From: Clostridia bacterium
Lineage (GTDB): Bacteria; Bacillota; Clostridia; Christensenellales; UBA1242
Assembly (NCBI GenBank): GCA_900766395.1
Contig: CAAFWB010000003.1
Span: 1-45,156 of the forward strand
Length of the DNA stretch: 45,156 bases
Direction: 5' to 3'
The notes under the pieces are model-generated. The model was not told where the DNA came from. It was given only the letters and a program-made list of their open reading frames with translations, and did not search any database. Position 1 is the first letter of the stretch; the number at the start of each line of letters is the position of its first letter. Below, in pieces: positions 36,543 through 44,078 of the stretch. Position numbers and translations under genes: made by a program.

Positions 36543-36572
36543 TTGACACAAACAAAATGAAAAACCTATAAT
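36543..36572 (+). promoter_or_regulatory. nrdDG promoter
   Basis: TTGACA (36543-48), 18 nt, TATAAT (36567-72). Confidence 0.55.
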
Positions 36573-36600
36573 GAAAACAGCAAATTGGGGGGTTAGAATC

Positions 36601-38775
36601 ATGAAAATCATCAAACGAAGTGGCAAAGAAGTCGAATTTGACCAAAACAAAATCACAAACGCAATCAACAAAGCAAATCTCACTGTTGAAGAAAAAGAAA
36701 GGCTAAGCCAAAGTCAAATTGGGGAGATTGTCGACAATATCACAAAGCTTTGCAAAAAAACACGCCGTGCCACTTCGGTTGAAGAAATTCAAGACATGGT
36801 TGAACGCGGCATCATGCAAGCGGGAGCATTTTCGGTTGCAAAAAACTACATAACCTATCGATACGAGCGTCAACTCATACGTCAAGCCAACACAACCGAC
36901 AAGCAAATTTTGTCACTCATTGAATGTGACAACGAAGAAGTAAAACAAGAAAACTCAAACAAAAATCCTGTTGTCAACTCCGTTCAACGCGACTATATGG
37001 CAGGAGAAGTCAGCAAGGATATAACAAAAAGATTTTTGTTGCCAAAAGACATTGTTAAAGCACATGAAAACGGCGAAATTCATTTCCATGACGCTGATTA
37101 TTTTGCACAGCATATGCACAACTGCGACCTAGTCAACCTCGAAGATATGTTGCAAAACGGAACAGTGATTTCTGGAACAATGATTGAGCGCCCTCACACC
37201 TTTGCAACTGCATGCAACATTGCAACTCAAATCATTGCACAAGTCGCATCAAGTCAGTATGGCGGTCAAAGCATAAGTCTCACACACCTCGCGCCTTTTG
37301 TTGATGTTTCACGACAAAAATTCAGACGTGACACAATAAAAGAATTTGAAGAACTAGGAATAAAAATTTCTGACGAACAACTTAATGAGATTGTTGAAAA
37401 CCAAGTTCGAAAAGAAATTAACAAAGGGATTCAAACAATCCAATATCAAGTTGTCACTCTCATGACAACCAATGGTCAAGCGCCATTCATCACGGTGTTT
37501 ATGTATTTGGGCGAAGCAAGAAATGAACGCGAGAAAAAGGACCTTGCAATGATGATTGAAGAAACACTCAATCAAAGAATTCAAGGCGTCAAAAACCAAA
37601 AAGGAATTTACATCACGCCCGCTTTTCCAAAACTCATTTATGTTCTTGAAGAGCAAAACATTCATGAAGACAGCCAATATTTCTACCTAACAGAACTTGC
37701 CGCTCGCTGCACTGCAAAACGCATGGTTCCAGATTATATTTCAGAAAAGAAAATGCTCGAACTCAAAGTTGACAAAAACGGAGTCGGGCACTGCTACACT
37801 TGCATGGGTTGCCGCTCTTTTCTCACGCCATATGTTGACGAAAACGGGAAACCAAAATACTACGGCAGATTCAATCAAGGCGTTGTCACTGTCAACCTCA
37901 TTGACATTGCTCTTTCCGCCGAAAAAGATATGGACAAGTTCTGGAAAATTTTTGATGAAAGAATGGAACTTTGCCACCGCGCTCTTCGACTTCGTCACGA
38001 AAGACTTCTTGGCACGCACTCTGATGCCGCACCAATTCTTTGGCAACACGGAGCACTGTCACGACTTCAACCAGGTGAAAAGATTGACAAACTTCTCTAT
38101 GGCGGATACTCAACCATATCCCTTGGATATGCTGGACTTTGGGAAACAGTTTTTGCACTTTCCGGCAAAAAATTGACATCGCCCGAAGGAAAAGAGCTTG
38201 GGTTAAAAATCATGGAAAAACTCAATTTTTACACAAAAAAATGGAGAAGTGAAGAAAATATTGATTATTCTCTCTATGGCACACCGCTTGAAAGCACAAC
38301 CTATAAGTTTGCAAAATGCTTGCAAAACAAGTTTGGCATCATCGAAGGCGTCACCGACAAATCCTATATAACCAACTCCTACCACATTCATGTCACAGAG
38401 AATATTGACGCTTTTGAAAAACTTAAATTCGAAAGTGAATTTCAGGCATTGAGCCCAGGTGGCGCAATTAGTTATGTTGAAGTTCCAAATATGCAAAACA
38501 ACATTCCAGCAGTCATAGAAGTCATGAAGTTTATTTATGACAACATTATGTACGCTGAACTCAACACAAAAAGCGACTACTGTCAAGTTTGTGGGTTTGA
38601 CGGCGAAATTCAAATTGTTGAAGATGACGGAAAACTTGTTTGGGAGTGCCCAAATTGTCATTGCCGCGACCAATCAAAAATGAATGTTGCCAGAAGAACT
38701 TGCGGGTATATTGGCTCCCAATATTGGAATCAAGGCAGAACACAAGAAATCCGCGACCGCGTCCTGCACCTATAG
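36601..38775 (+). CDS. nrdD: Anaerobic ribonucleoside-triphosphate reductase
   Basis: Start moved to ATG 36601 (G-rich RBS). ATP-cone MKIIKRSGKEVEFD, Zn site CQVCGF..CPNCH, glycyl-radical motif RRTCGYIG. Confidence 0.95.
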   Translation: MKIIKRSGKEVEFDQNKITNAINKANLTVEEKERLSQSQIGEIVDNITKLCKKTRRATSVEEIQDMVERGIMQAGAFSVAKNYITYRYERQLIRQANTTDKQILSLIECDNEEVKQENSNKNPVVNSVQRDYMAGEVSKDITKRFLLPKDIVKAHENGEIHFHDADYFAQHMHNCDLVNLEDMLQNGTVISGTMIERPHTFATACNIATQIIAQVASSQYGGQSISLTHLAPFVDVSRQKFRRDTIKEFEELGIKISDEQLNEIVENQVRKEINKGIQTIQYQVVTLMTTNGQAPFITVFMYLGEARNEREKKDLAMMIEETLNQRIQGVKNQKGIYITPAFPKLIYVLEEQNIHEDSQYFYLTELAARCTAKRMVPDYISEKKMLELKVDKNGVGHCYTCMGCRSFLTPYVDENGKPKYYGRFNQGVVTVNLIDIALSAEKDMDKFWKIFDERMELCHRALRLRHERLLGTHSDAAPILWQHGALSRLQPGEKIDKLLYGGYSTISLGYAGLWETVFALSGKKLTSPEGKELGLKIMEKLNFYTKKWRSEENIDYSLYGTPLESTTYKFAKCLQNKFGIIEGVTDKSYITNSYHIHVTENIDAFEKLKFESEFQALSPGGAISYVEVPNMQNNIPAVIEVMKFIYDNIMYAELNTKSDYCQVCGFDGEIQIVEDDGKLVWECPNCHCRDQSKMNVARRTCGYIGSQYWNQGRTQEIRDRVLHL

Positions 38776-38788
38776 GTTTGGAGAAAAA

Positions 38789-39310
38789 ATGAATTATGCA
38801 ACAATAAAAAAGAATGATATCGCAAATGGACTGGGCATTCGCATCAGTCTTTTTGTCAGCGGTTGCACGCATCACTGCAAAGGTTGTTTTAATTCGATTG
38901 CGTGGAATTTTGACTATGGCAATCCTTTCAAAGAAGAAACACAAAATCAAATCTTGTCACTCCTCGACAAACCACATATTAAAGGCCTCACACTTCTTGG
39001 CGGCGAACCAATGGAGCCACAAAACCAAGTTGAAGTCATCAAACTTTTGCGACAAGTGAAACAAAAATTTCCTCAAAAAGATATTTGGTGCTACTCAGGT
39101 TATACTTTGGAAGAACTACGCGACACAAATAATCGCTCACACACCCCCGTCACAGACGAAATTCTATCTCTTGTTGATGTCTTGGTTGACGGAAAATTCG
39201 TGGAAGAAAAAAAGAACCTCAAACTAAAATTTCGAGGTTCAGAAAATCAAAGAATAATCGACATGAACAAAACACGAACTCAACATAAAATTGTGTTATT
39301 GGACATTTAA
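38789..39310 (+). CDS. nrdG: Anaerobic RNR activating radical-SAM protein
   Basis: Start moved to ATG 38789 (RBS GGAGA). Motif CTHHCKGCFN (CxxxCxxC). Confidence 0.9.
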   Translation: MNYATIKKNDIANGLGIRISLFVSGCTHHCKGCFNSIAWNFDYGNPFKEETQNQILSLLDKPHIKGLTLLGGEPMEPQNQVEVIKLLRQVKQKFPQKDIWCYSGYTLEELRDTNNRSHTPVTDEILSLVDVLVDGKFVEEKKNLKLKFRGSENQRIIDMNKTRTQHKIVLLDI

Positions 39311-39772
39311 TTATTGATTTCTTTCAGTATTGTTTTTCTTGAAATTATCGTGAAAATCGACCATTCTTTTAAGTTTTTCAAAATCATCTGACCAATTCAT
39401 CCAACCTTCATAGAATTTATATAGATATTCGCGACCTGTTATTGAATTCTGGATCGCGACCAAAATCCCGCTTTCGCATACATAGGCGTCCATATCCATA
39501 AAACCTGGATTATCTCTTTTGTTTCTTTCAATATTTAAAAGAATTTTGCCGTCATTTGTGTAAAAAGTGAATTTTTGTGAAGAAAAATCGCTTTTTTTGA
39601 CCAAAACACCCGTTTTATATTGTTTTAGGTCGCAAAGATTAAAGTAGTATGAAATTGGCGCTGACGTTGGTTCGTAACGTTCCAAAAACTCATTTGGCAA
39701 ATTTATATTTCTCAACCATCGGTCTTTGTCCACATAAAAATTATTGTTTTTTTCTTGACCCAAATATTCCAT
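39311..39772 (-). CDS. 153-aa hypothetical protein, co-transcribed downstream of the ThyX-like gene
   Basis: RBS GAGGGAG, 8-nt gap to the upstream stop. No recognisable motif. Confidence 0.5.
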   Translation of the reverse strand: MEYLGQEKNNNFYVDKDRWLRNINLPNEFLERYEPTSAPISYYFNLCDLKQYKTGVLVKKSDFSSQKFTFYTNDGKILLNIERNKRDNPGFMDMDAYVCESGILVAIQNSITGREYLYKFYEGWMNWSDDFEKLKRMVDFHDNFKKNNTERNQ

Positions 39773-39780
39773 AACTCCCT

Positions 39781-40923
39781 CTATATTTCCCTTTCAAGAT
39801 TTATGCCTTCTTTGAAACGACATGGCTCACTGCACTTATATCCACTTGTGCAACGCGCACCATTGTGTTTTTGCATATCTTGTTTGATTTCTTCGTCATC
39901 GGTTTTGTCTACGTATTTTTGCAAAGTGCTTTTTGTTTGCTCCATGATTTCAAGTTGTGCCGCGGTGCAAAGCCTTTCGCGCGCTTTGAGCAAAAAGTTT
40001 TCAGGTGTTCCGCGCTCATATATTTCAACAAGTTGTGCTTGCGGAGTGAGCGACTCAACTTTTTTCATGTCTTCAAGCCACTCGTTTTTTAGTTTTTCAT
40101 CTTTTTCAATGATTTTTGGAACAAAATATTTTGGTGGTTCGATTTGTTTTAGTTCATAAATCAAAGTTCTGTGACGTTGTGCTTGCGCAAAACTTGCAAA
40201 ACTTCCCTCATAGTTTGTTGAATAACAATCGGAAAAAAATTCTTTGCGGAATTTTTTGTTTTCGATTGAGAAAAATCTGTTATCCCCACCCTTCACAAGG
40301 TCCTCGTCGATGAGATTCAAGCTTTCAAGATATTCACAAAATTGTTCGGCTTGAGGTTTGAGTTTTTTGAAAAGTGGACTTGCAAATTCGTCAATTCTTT
40401 TCATCCAACCATAAAGATAATTGAGTTGGCGAAACGAACAAGTGTAGGCAAGAGAAGTTGGTGTGAATACGCTCAAAAAATATCTCGCATTTTCTTGTGC
40501 AAGTTTTGCAATACGCTTTTCAGTGAAATATGGCTGATCTCCATATTTTTTTGATATTTCTTTTTGCAAAATGTCAAACCACTTTTCGTAAAGTTCTTTT
40601 TCCACGCCCGACACACTCATTTTTGTGTATCTCGCACTCTTTTCGCTTGTTGTGTATGCCCGCTCATTGTTGAGAAGCATTGCAAAGAGTTTTGGCACAT
40701 CTTCAAGATATAGCGTGATATAACTATGTTCAAACACCGAATGATGCCCTGATGACTTTGTGGTGTTTGCCCTTTTTAATGTTTTTTGTGCGTCCTCATG
40801 GTCAAGTGCCTCAAAATTGTTTGGCATATAGCATATTCCTGCAAGTTTGCCACCAAGTTTTGTGAACAACTCCTTGTCGTTGATTTCATCACAACTTGTA
40901 TTTGCAATCACTGAAACCTTCAT
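39781..40923 (-). CDS. Atypical long (380-aa) ThyX-like (flavin-dependent thymidylate synthase fold) protein
   Basis: RBS GGAGGAAG. GHHSVFEHSYITL resembles ThyX HE.xFEH. S.KSARYTKM resembles the S..S.RY part of the ThyX motif, but RHR is missing there. A QRHR and an AAQLEI (compare HAQ.EI) occur in the second half. Confidence 0.5.
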   Translation of the reverse strand: MKVSVIANTSCDEINDKELFTKLGGKLAGICYMPNNFEALDHEDAQKTLKRANTTKSSGHHSVFEHSYITLYLEDVPKLFAMLLNNERAYTTSEKSARYTKMSVSGVEKELYEKWFDILQKEISKKYGDQPYFTEKRIAKLAQENARYFLSVFTPTSLAYTCSFRQLNYLYGWMKRIDEFASPLFKKLKPQAEQFCEYLESLNLIDEDLVKGGDNRFFSIENKKFRKEFFSDCYSTNYEGSFASFAQAQRHRTLIYELKQIEPPKYFVPKIIEKDEKLKNEWLEDMKKVESLTPQAQLVEIYERGTPENFLLKARERLCTAAQLEIMEQTKSTLQKYVDKTDDEEIKQDMQKHNGARCTSGYKCSEPCRFKEGINLEREI

Positions 40924-40940
40924 TTTCTTCCTCCTTTTTG

Positions 40941-40974
40941 TTGATATTATATCCCCAGCCTGCTATAATGTAAA
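40941..40974. promoter_or_regulatory. Interdigitated divergent promoters (LysR gene and ThyX-like operon)
   Basis: Plus strand: TTGATA (40941-46), 17 nt, TGcTATAAT (40961-69). Minus strand: TTTACA (40974-69), 17 nt, TATAAT (40951-46). The inverted repeat ATTATA-N12-TATAAT spans both. Confidence 0.6.
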
Positions 40975-41009
40975 CAATGAAAAAACTATGTCAGCAATAA
41001 GGAGTGGTT

Positions 41010-41888
41010 ATGACAAATTTTAATTTATATCGCGTTTTCTACTATGTCGTCAAGCACAAAAATCTAACAAAAGCAAGTGAAGTTCTCTACATTTCACAGC
41101 CCGCCGTTTCTTCCTCAATCAAAGAACTCGAAGGTCAAGTTGGAAAAGCCCTTCTTGAAAGAAAGAACAAAGGCGTTGAACCAACGACATTTGGATTGCT
41201 TTTATATGAAAAAATAAAACCAGAGATTGAAAACCTGGAAAAACTAGAAAACCTTGGCGAAAGATTTGATGACCTAAACTTTGGCGTTCTTCGAATTGGT
41301 TGTTCATCTTCAAATCTCAATCAAATTGTTGGCTCATATTTGAGAACATTTGCATCTGCATTCCCAAATATAAAAATCATCATGAAAAGAGCAAGCGAAA
41401 AAGAACTCAAAGCAATGCTTGAAGAAAACCAACTTGATGTCATTTTCGTAAATCGCTCCCCATTTGGACAAAACTTTGCTTGCATCAAAGAATATGAAAT
41501 CAAATATAACATAATCGGCAATGCCGACATGAAAAACAAATATCCCGACGACAATATCCGCATCTGCGACTTTCCTGAAAGCGATTTGATTTTGCCAAGC
41601 AAAAATAACAACTCACGCAAATTTATTGATGAGTTTTTTGAACAACAAAATAAACACATCTCATCAAAATACGAACTCGACAACTATATCATGCTTTTTG
41701 ATTTTGTATGTGCTGGACTTGGCATTGCATTTGTCAATGCTGAATTCTATAAAAAAAGCATCGACAACAAAGAGGTTTTCATTCTTTTTCCAAAACTATC
41801 TCTCCCAACCCGCAAAATGCACTGTCTAATCTCAAAAACCAGCCAAAATCCAACACTTGAACACTTTGTGAACATAATAAACAAATGA
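41010..41888 (+). CDS. LysR-family transcriptional regulator
   Basis: ATG 41010 follows GGAG. HTH region NLTKASEVLYISQPAVSSSIKELE, plus a typical substrate-binding-domain length. Confidence 0.85.
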   Translation: MTNFNLYRVFYYVVKHKNLTKASEVLYISQPAVSSSIKELEGQVGKALLERKNKGVEPTTFGLLLYEKIKPEIENLEKLENLGERFDDLNFGVLRIGCSSSNLNQIVGSYLRTFASAFPNIKIIMKRASEKELKAMLEENQLDVIFVNRSPFGQNFACIKEYEIKYNIIGNADMKNKYPDDNIRICDFPESDLILPSKNNNSRKFIDEFFEQQNKHISSKYELDNYIMLFDFVCAGLGIAFVNAEFYKKSIDNKEVFILFPKLSLPTRKMHCLISKTSQNPTLEHFVNIINK

Positions 41889-41912
41889 TTTATATAATTT
41901 TTTAATTTTTTA

Positions 41913-41941
41913 TTGACATAAGAATTTAATTTTGTTATTAT
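41913..41941 (+). promoter_or_regulatory. Near-consensus promoter of the tRNA-Ile transcription unit
   Basis: TTGACA (41913-18), 17 nt, TGtTATTAT (41933-41). Confidence 0.6.
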
Positions 41942-41986
41942 AACAAAGCATTTCCAAATGCGAATTATTCGCATTTGAATAATTCA

Positions 41987-42101
41987 TGGAGCACCGCTTT
42001 CACGCAAGCCCATCAAACACCACCCTGGGCGAAGCGTTCGGAGCATAGCGGAGAACATAAGGTGGAACGACCCCCACCGAAACCCAAAACTTTGGTGCCC
42101 A
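41987..42101 (+). ncRNA. tRNA-Ile-derived ~115-nt structured segment (leader, pseudogene or tRNA-like RNA)
   Basis: Closing helix TGG(A)GCACC/GGTGCCCA. Contains both tRNA anticodon-arm halves, CACCACCCTG and ATAAGGTGG, separated by 29 nt. Lies between the promoter and the tRNA. Confidence 0.35.
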
Positions 42102-42112
42102 CAACAAAATAA

Positions 42113-42189
42113 TGGAATGTAGCTCAGCAGGTTAGAGCACCACCCTGATAAGGTGGGGGTCGGTGGTTCGAGTCCACTCATTCCAACCA
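42113..42189 (+). tRNA. tRNA-Ile (anticodon GAT), CCA encoded
   Basis: Manual cloverleaf: acceptor TGGAATG/CATTCCA, D arm GCTC-AGCAGGTTA-GAGC, anticodon arm CCACC-CTGATAA-GGTGG, variable loop GGGTC, T arm GGTGG-TTCGAGT-CCACT, discriminator A plus CCA. Confidence 0.9.
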
Positions 42190-42196
42190 GTTTGCA

Positions 42197-42225
42197 AGTG
42201 TCTAGCAATGGCTAGACACTTTTTA
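42197..42225 (+). terminator. Intrinsic terminator after tRNA-Ile
   Basis: AGTGTCTAGC-aatg-GCTAGACACT followed by TTTTT. Confidence 0.8.
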
Positions 42226-42271
42226 TTTATAAAAAATGTGGCGAAGGTTTACTTTCTAAAACATTTTGGAT

Positions 42272-42297
42272 AAAGAAAAATAGTCCGTTTTCGGACT
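42272..42297 (-). terminator. Minus-strand-oriented terminator hairpin
   Basis: Minus strand reads AGTCCG-aaaa-CGGACT followed by ATTTTTCTTTA. Confidence 0.5.
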
Positions 42298-42308
42298 TGC
42301 AAACTAGT

Positions 42309-42555
42309 TGGAATTGTGTGTCAAGAAACACCAGTTGGGTAATCCCCCAAGACTTATATTGAGCTATGCGAGATATAAGGTGGGGAATTCCACCGCCTTC
42401 CACCTTATGCAAAGCATTTGCAGGGTGTGCATCGTGAAGCCGAGCAAGCTTGCTTGCGAACGCCAACCTTCACAAGAAGGTTATAAGGTGGGGGGGCGGT
42501 GTCCTCTCCGCTCCGCTACGAGTCGTTTCACTGCGCGAGTCCACTCATTCAACCA
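42309..42555 (+). pseudogene. Expanded tRNA-Ile-derived unit (~247 nt): a disrupted tRNA copy or a tRNA-like ncRNA
   Basis: The 5' end TGGAATTGT matches tRNA TGGAATGT. The 3' 73 nt repeat the tRNA 3' half (ATAAGGTGGGGG..., ...CGAGTCCACTCATTC-AACCA) with a ~31-nt insert in the T arm. The interior is hairpin-rich. Confidence 0.4.
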
Positions 42556-42561
42556 AAAACT

Positions 42562-42590
42562 TGCATTCAATGAAGTTGAATGCATTTTTT
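42562..42590 (+). terminator. Intrinsic terminator directly after the tRNA-like 3' end
   Basis: TGCATTCAA-tgaag-TTGAATGCA followed by TTTTTT. Confidence 0.75.
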
Positions 42591-42651
42591 GTTTGTTTTG
42601 GCAAAATGGCTTGCTAATTTTGACAAAAATAAGGACGAGAAACACAATCAT

Positions 42652-42696
42652 AAAAAAAGCCCCCAACCCTTATGTCACATTGCGAACATAAGGTGG
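42652..42696 (-). terminator. Terminator of the kinase operon
   Basis: Minus strand reads CCACCTTATGT-tcgcaatgtg-ACATAAGGGTTGG followed by GGGCTTTTTTT. The stem is built from the ATAAGGTGG repeat. Confidence 0.65.
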
Positions 42697-42731
42697 AGAC
42701 ACTTTTATCTTTGAACTGATTTTGTTATATA

Positions 42732-44078
42732 TCATGTTTTGTTAATAATCACTTCAAAACTATTTTGAGTTGAAACAAAAAGTTCGCCTCCAAGTTCGGT
42801 GGAGTTTAGACGCATTCCTTTGATTCCCGTCCCCTCAACAAAAGTCTTGCTTGTTAACTTTCCGTTATCGGAAATTTCAATTTTGTTATCTGAAATATTT
42901 ACAAACAATTTTGTTGCGTTGGCATGGCGAATGGCATTTGTGGCGCATTCTCGAATAATTTTAACGAGTGCTTTTGCTTTTTGTGCTTCTTTTGGCATTT
43001 CACCCAAAATCTCGATATGGAAGCCAATCATTTCAAAAGCGGTTATTATTGAATTCTGCATTGCTTCCGCTTCGGAAATCTCATCGCTGTCAATTTCATT
43101 CAACATTGTTGCAAGCATTTTTTTGACACGATTGAGATCAAAATCTTTTTCATCAATGGCGTCAAGGATATGATGCAGAATGAACAACCTTTGACCGATT
43201 ATGTCGTGCAATTTGCTTTTTAGCGTCAAAACTTCTTTTTGCTTTTCAATTTCGTCAAGATTTTCAATTATTTGCAAAATTTCTGTTTGTTTTGCTTTTA
43301 GTTCTGTTTGTTTGCTTTCAATCTCAGTTGTTGTTAAATATTCTTTTGTTATATCAAACGCATAAATTTGAGTTTTTGATTGCTTAATTATTGAAAATGA
43401 ATATACTTTTTTATCTAAAAACACCAAAATATTTTGCTCATCAACTATTTTGGAATTTTCTCTTGATTTAATGTTTTGCCAGATTTCAAGAGAACTTTGA
43501 TTTTGTTTAATTTTTAGTTTTTCAAGCAAATTTTTCATTGTAAGATTTTCGTAAACCACATTAAATTTGCTTTCAAACATTACAGCAGTTTTTAATCCAT
43601 CTAATGCTTCTTTGAGAGAATAATAATTTATGTTGTTTTTTAGTTTGGTTAAAGAGTTTAATAAAACTGTCAGCGATTTTGCAAATAAATATACAACGCC
43701 AATGACTATGAACACAACAGAAAGTTTTTCGTTTGCATATTTCCAAAATGGCAAAAGCATAATCAAAAATGAGAAATCTATTGCCAATTTAAAGTCTTTT
43801 TTGTAAAGCATTAGCCCTAACTCGAACACTAAAGCCAAAGCACTGTAATACGCTAAAATCTCACAAACTGGCGTGTTTTTGAAGTTAAAGATTATAAATG
43901 CCCAAATCACGCAAAGAGCAATATTTAAAACTCTGCAAACAACAAAAAGGTCAATTTTAAGCCTGCGATTAGAAAACATTTCACAAAGTAATGTAATTGT
44001 TAAAAATATGATAGAAACAAACAGCAAAACAACCATGAGAGACTGCATTTCGTTGTTTAGTATGGATAAATAACTCAT
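42732..44078 (-). CDS. Membrane sensor histidine kinase, HisKA_3 (NarX/DesK-type) class
   Basis: RBS AAGGAGGT and an ATGA overlap with the upstream gene. About 5 TM helices. H-box LHDIIGQRLFIL, N-box ECATNAIRHANA, G-boxes ISDNGK and GTGIKGM. Confidence 0.8.
   Translation of the reverse strand: MSYLSILNNEMQSLMVVLLFVSIIFLTITLLCEMFSNRRLKIDLFVVCRVLNIALCVIWAFIIFNFKNTPVCEILAYYSALALVFELGLMLYKKDFKLAIDFSFLIMLLPFWKYANEKLSVVFIVIGVVYLFAKSLTVLLNSLTKLKNNINYYSLKEALDGLKTAVMFESKFNVVYENLTMKNLLEKLKIKQNQSSLEIWQNIKSRENSKIVDEQNILVFLDKKVYSFSIIKQSKTQIYAFDITKEYLTTTEIESKQTELKAKQTEILQIIENLDEIEKQKEVLTLKSKLHDIIGQRLFILHHILDAIDEKDFDLNRVKKMLATMLNEIDSDEISEAEAMQNSIITAFEMIGFHIEILGEMPKEAQKAKALVKIIRECATNAIRHANATKLFVNISDNKIEISDNGKLTSKTFVEGTGIKGMRLNSTELGGELFVSTQNSFEVIINKT

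Noticed and set aside
41987-42101. T-box riboswitch hypothesis for the segment upstream of tRNA-Ile (AAGGTGGAACGACC vaguely resembles the T-box AGGGUGGNACCGCG, and an ATC triplet is present)
   Set aside because: The segment is too short for Stem I, the specifier loop and the antiterminator. No GA/K-turn or AGVGA motifs were seen. It precedes a tRNA rather than an aminoacyl-tRNA synthetase or transporter gene. Its UGGA would pair with UCCA, not with the ACCA end of this tRNA.
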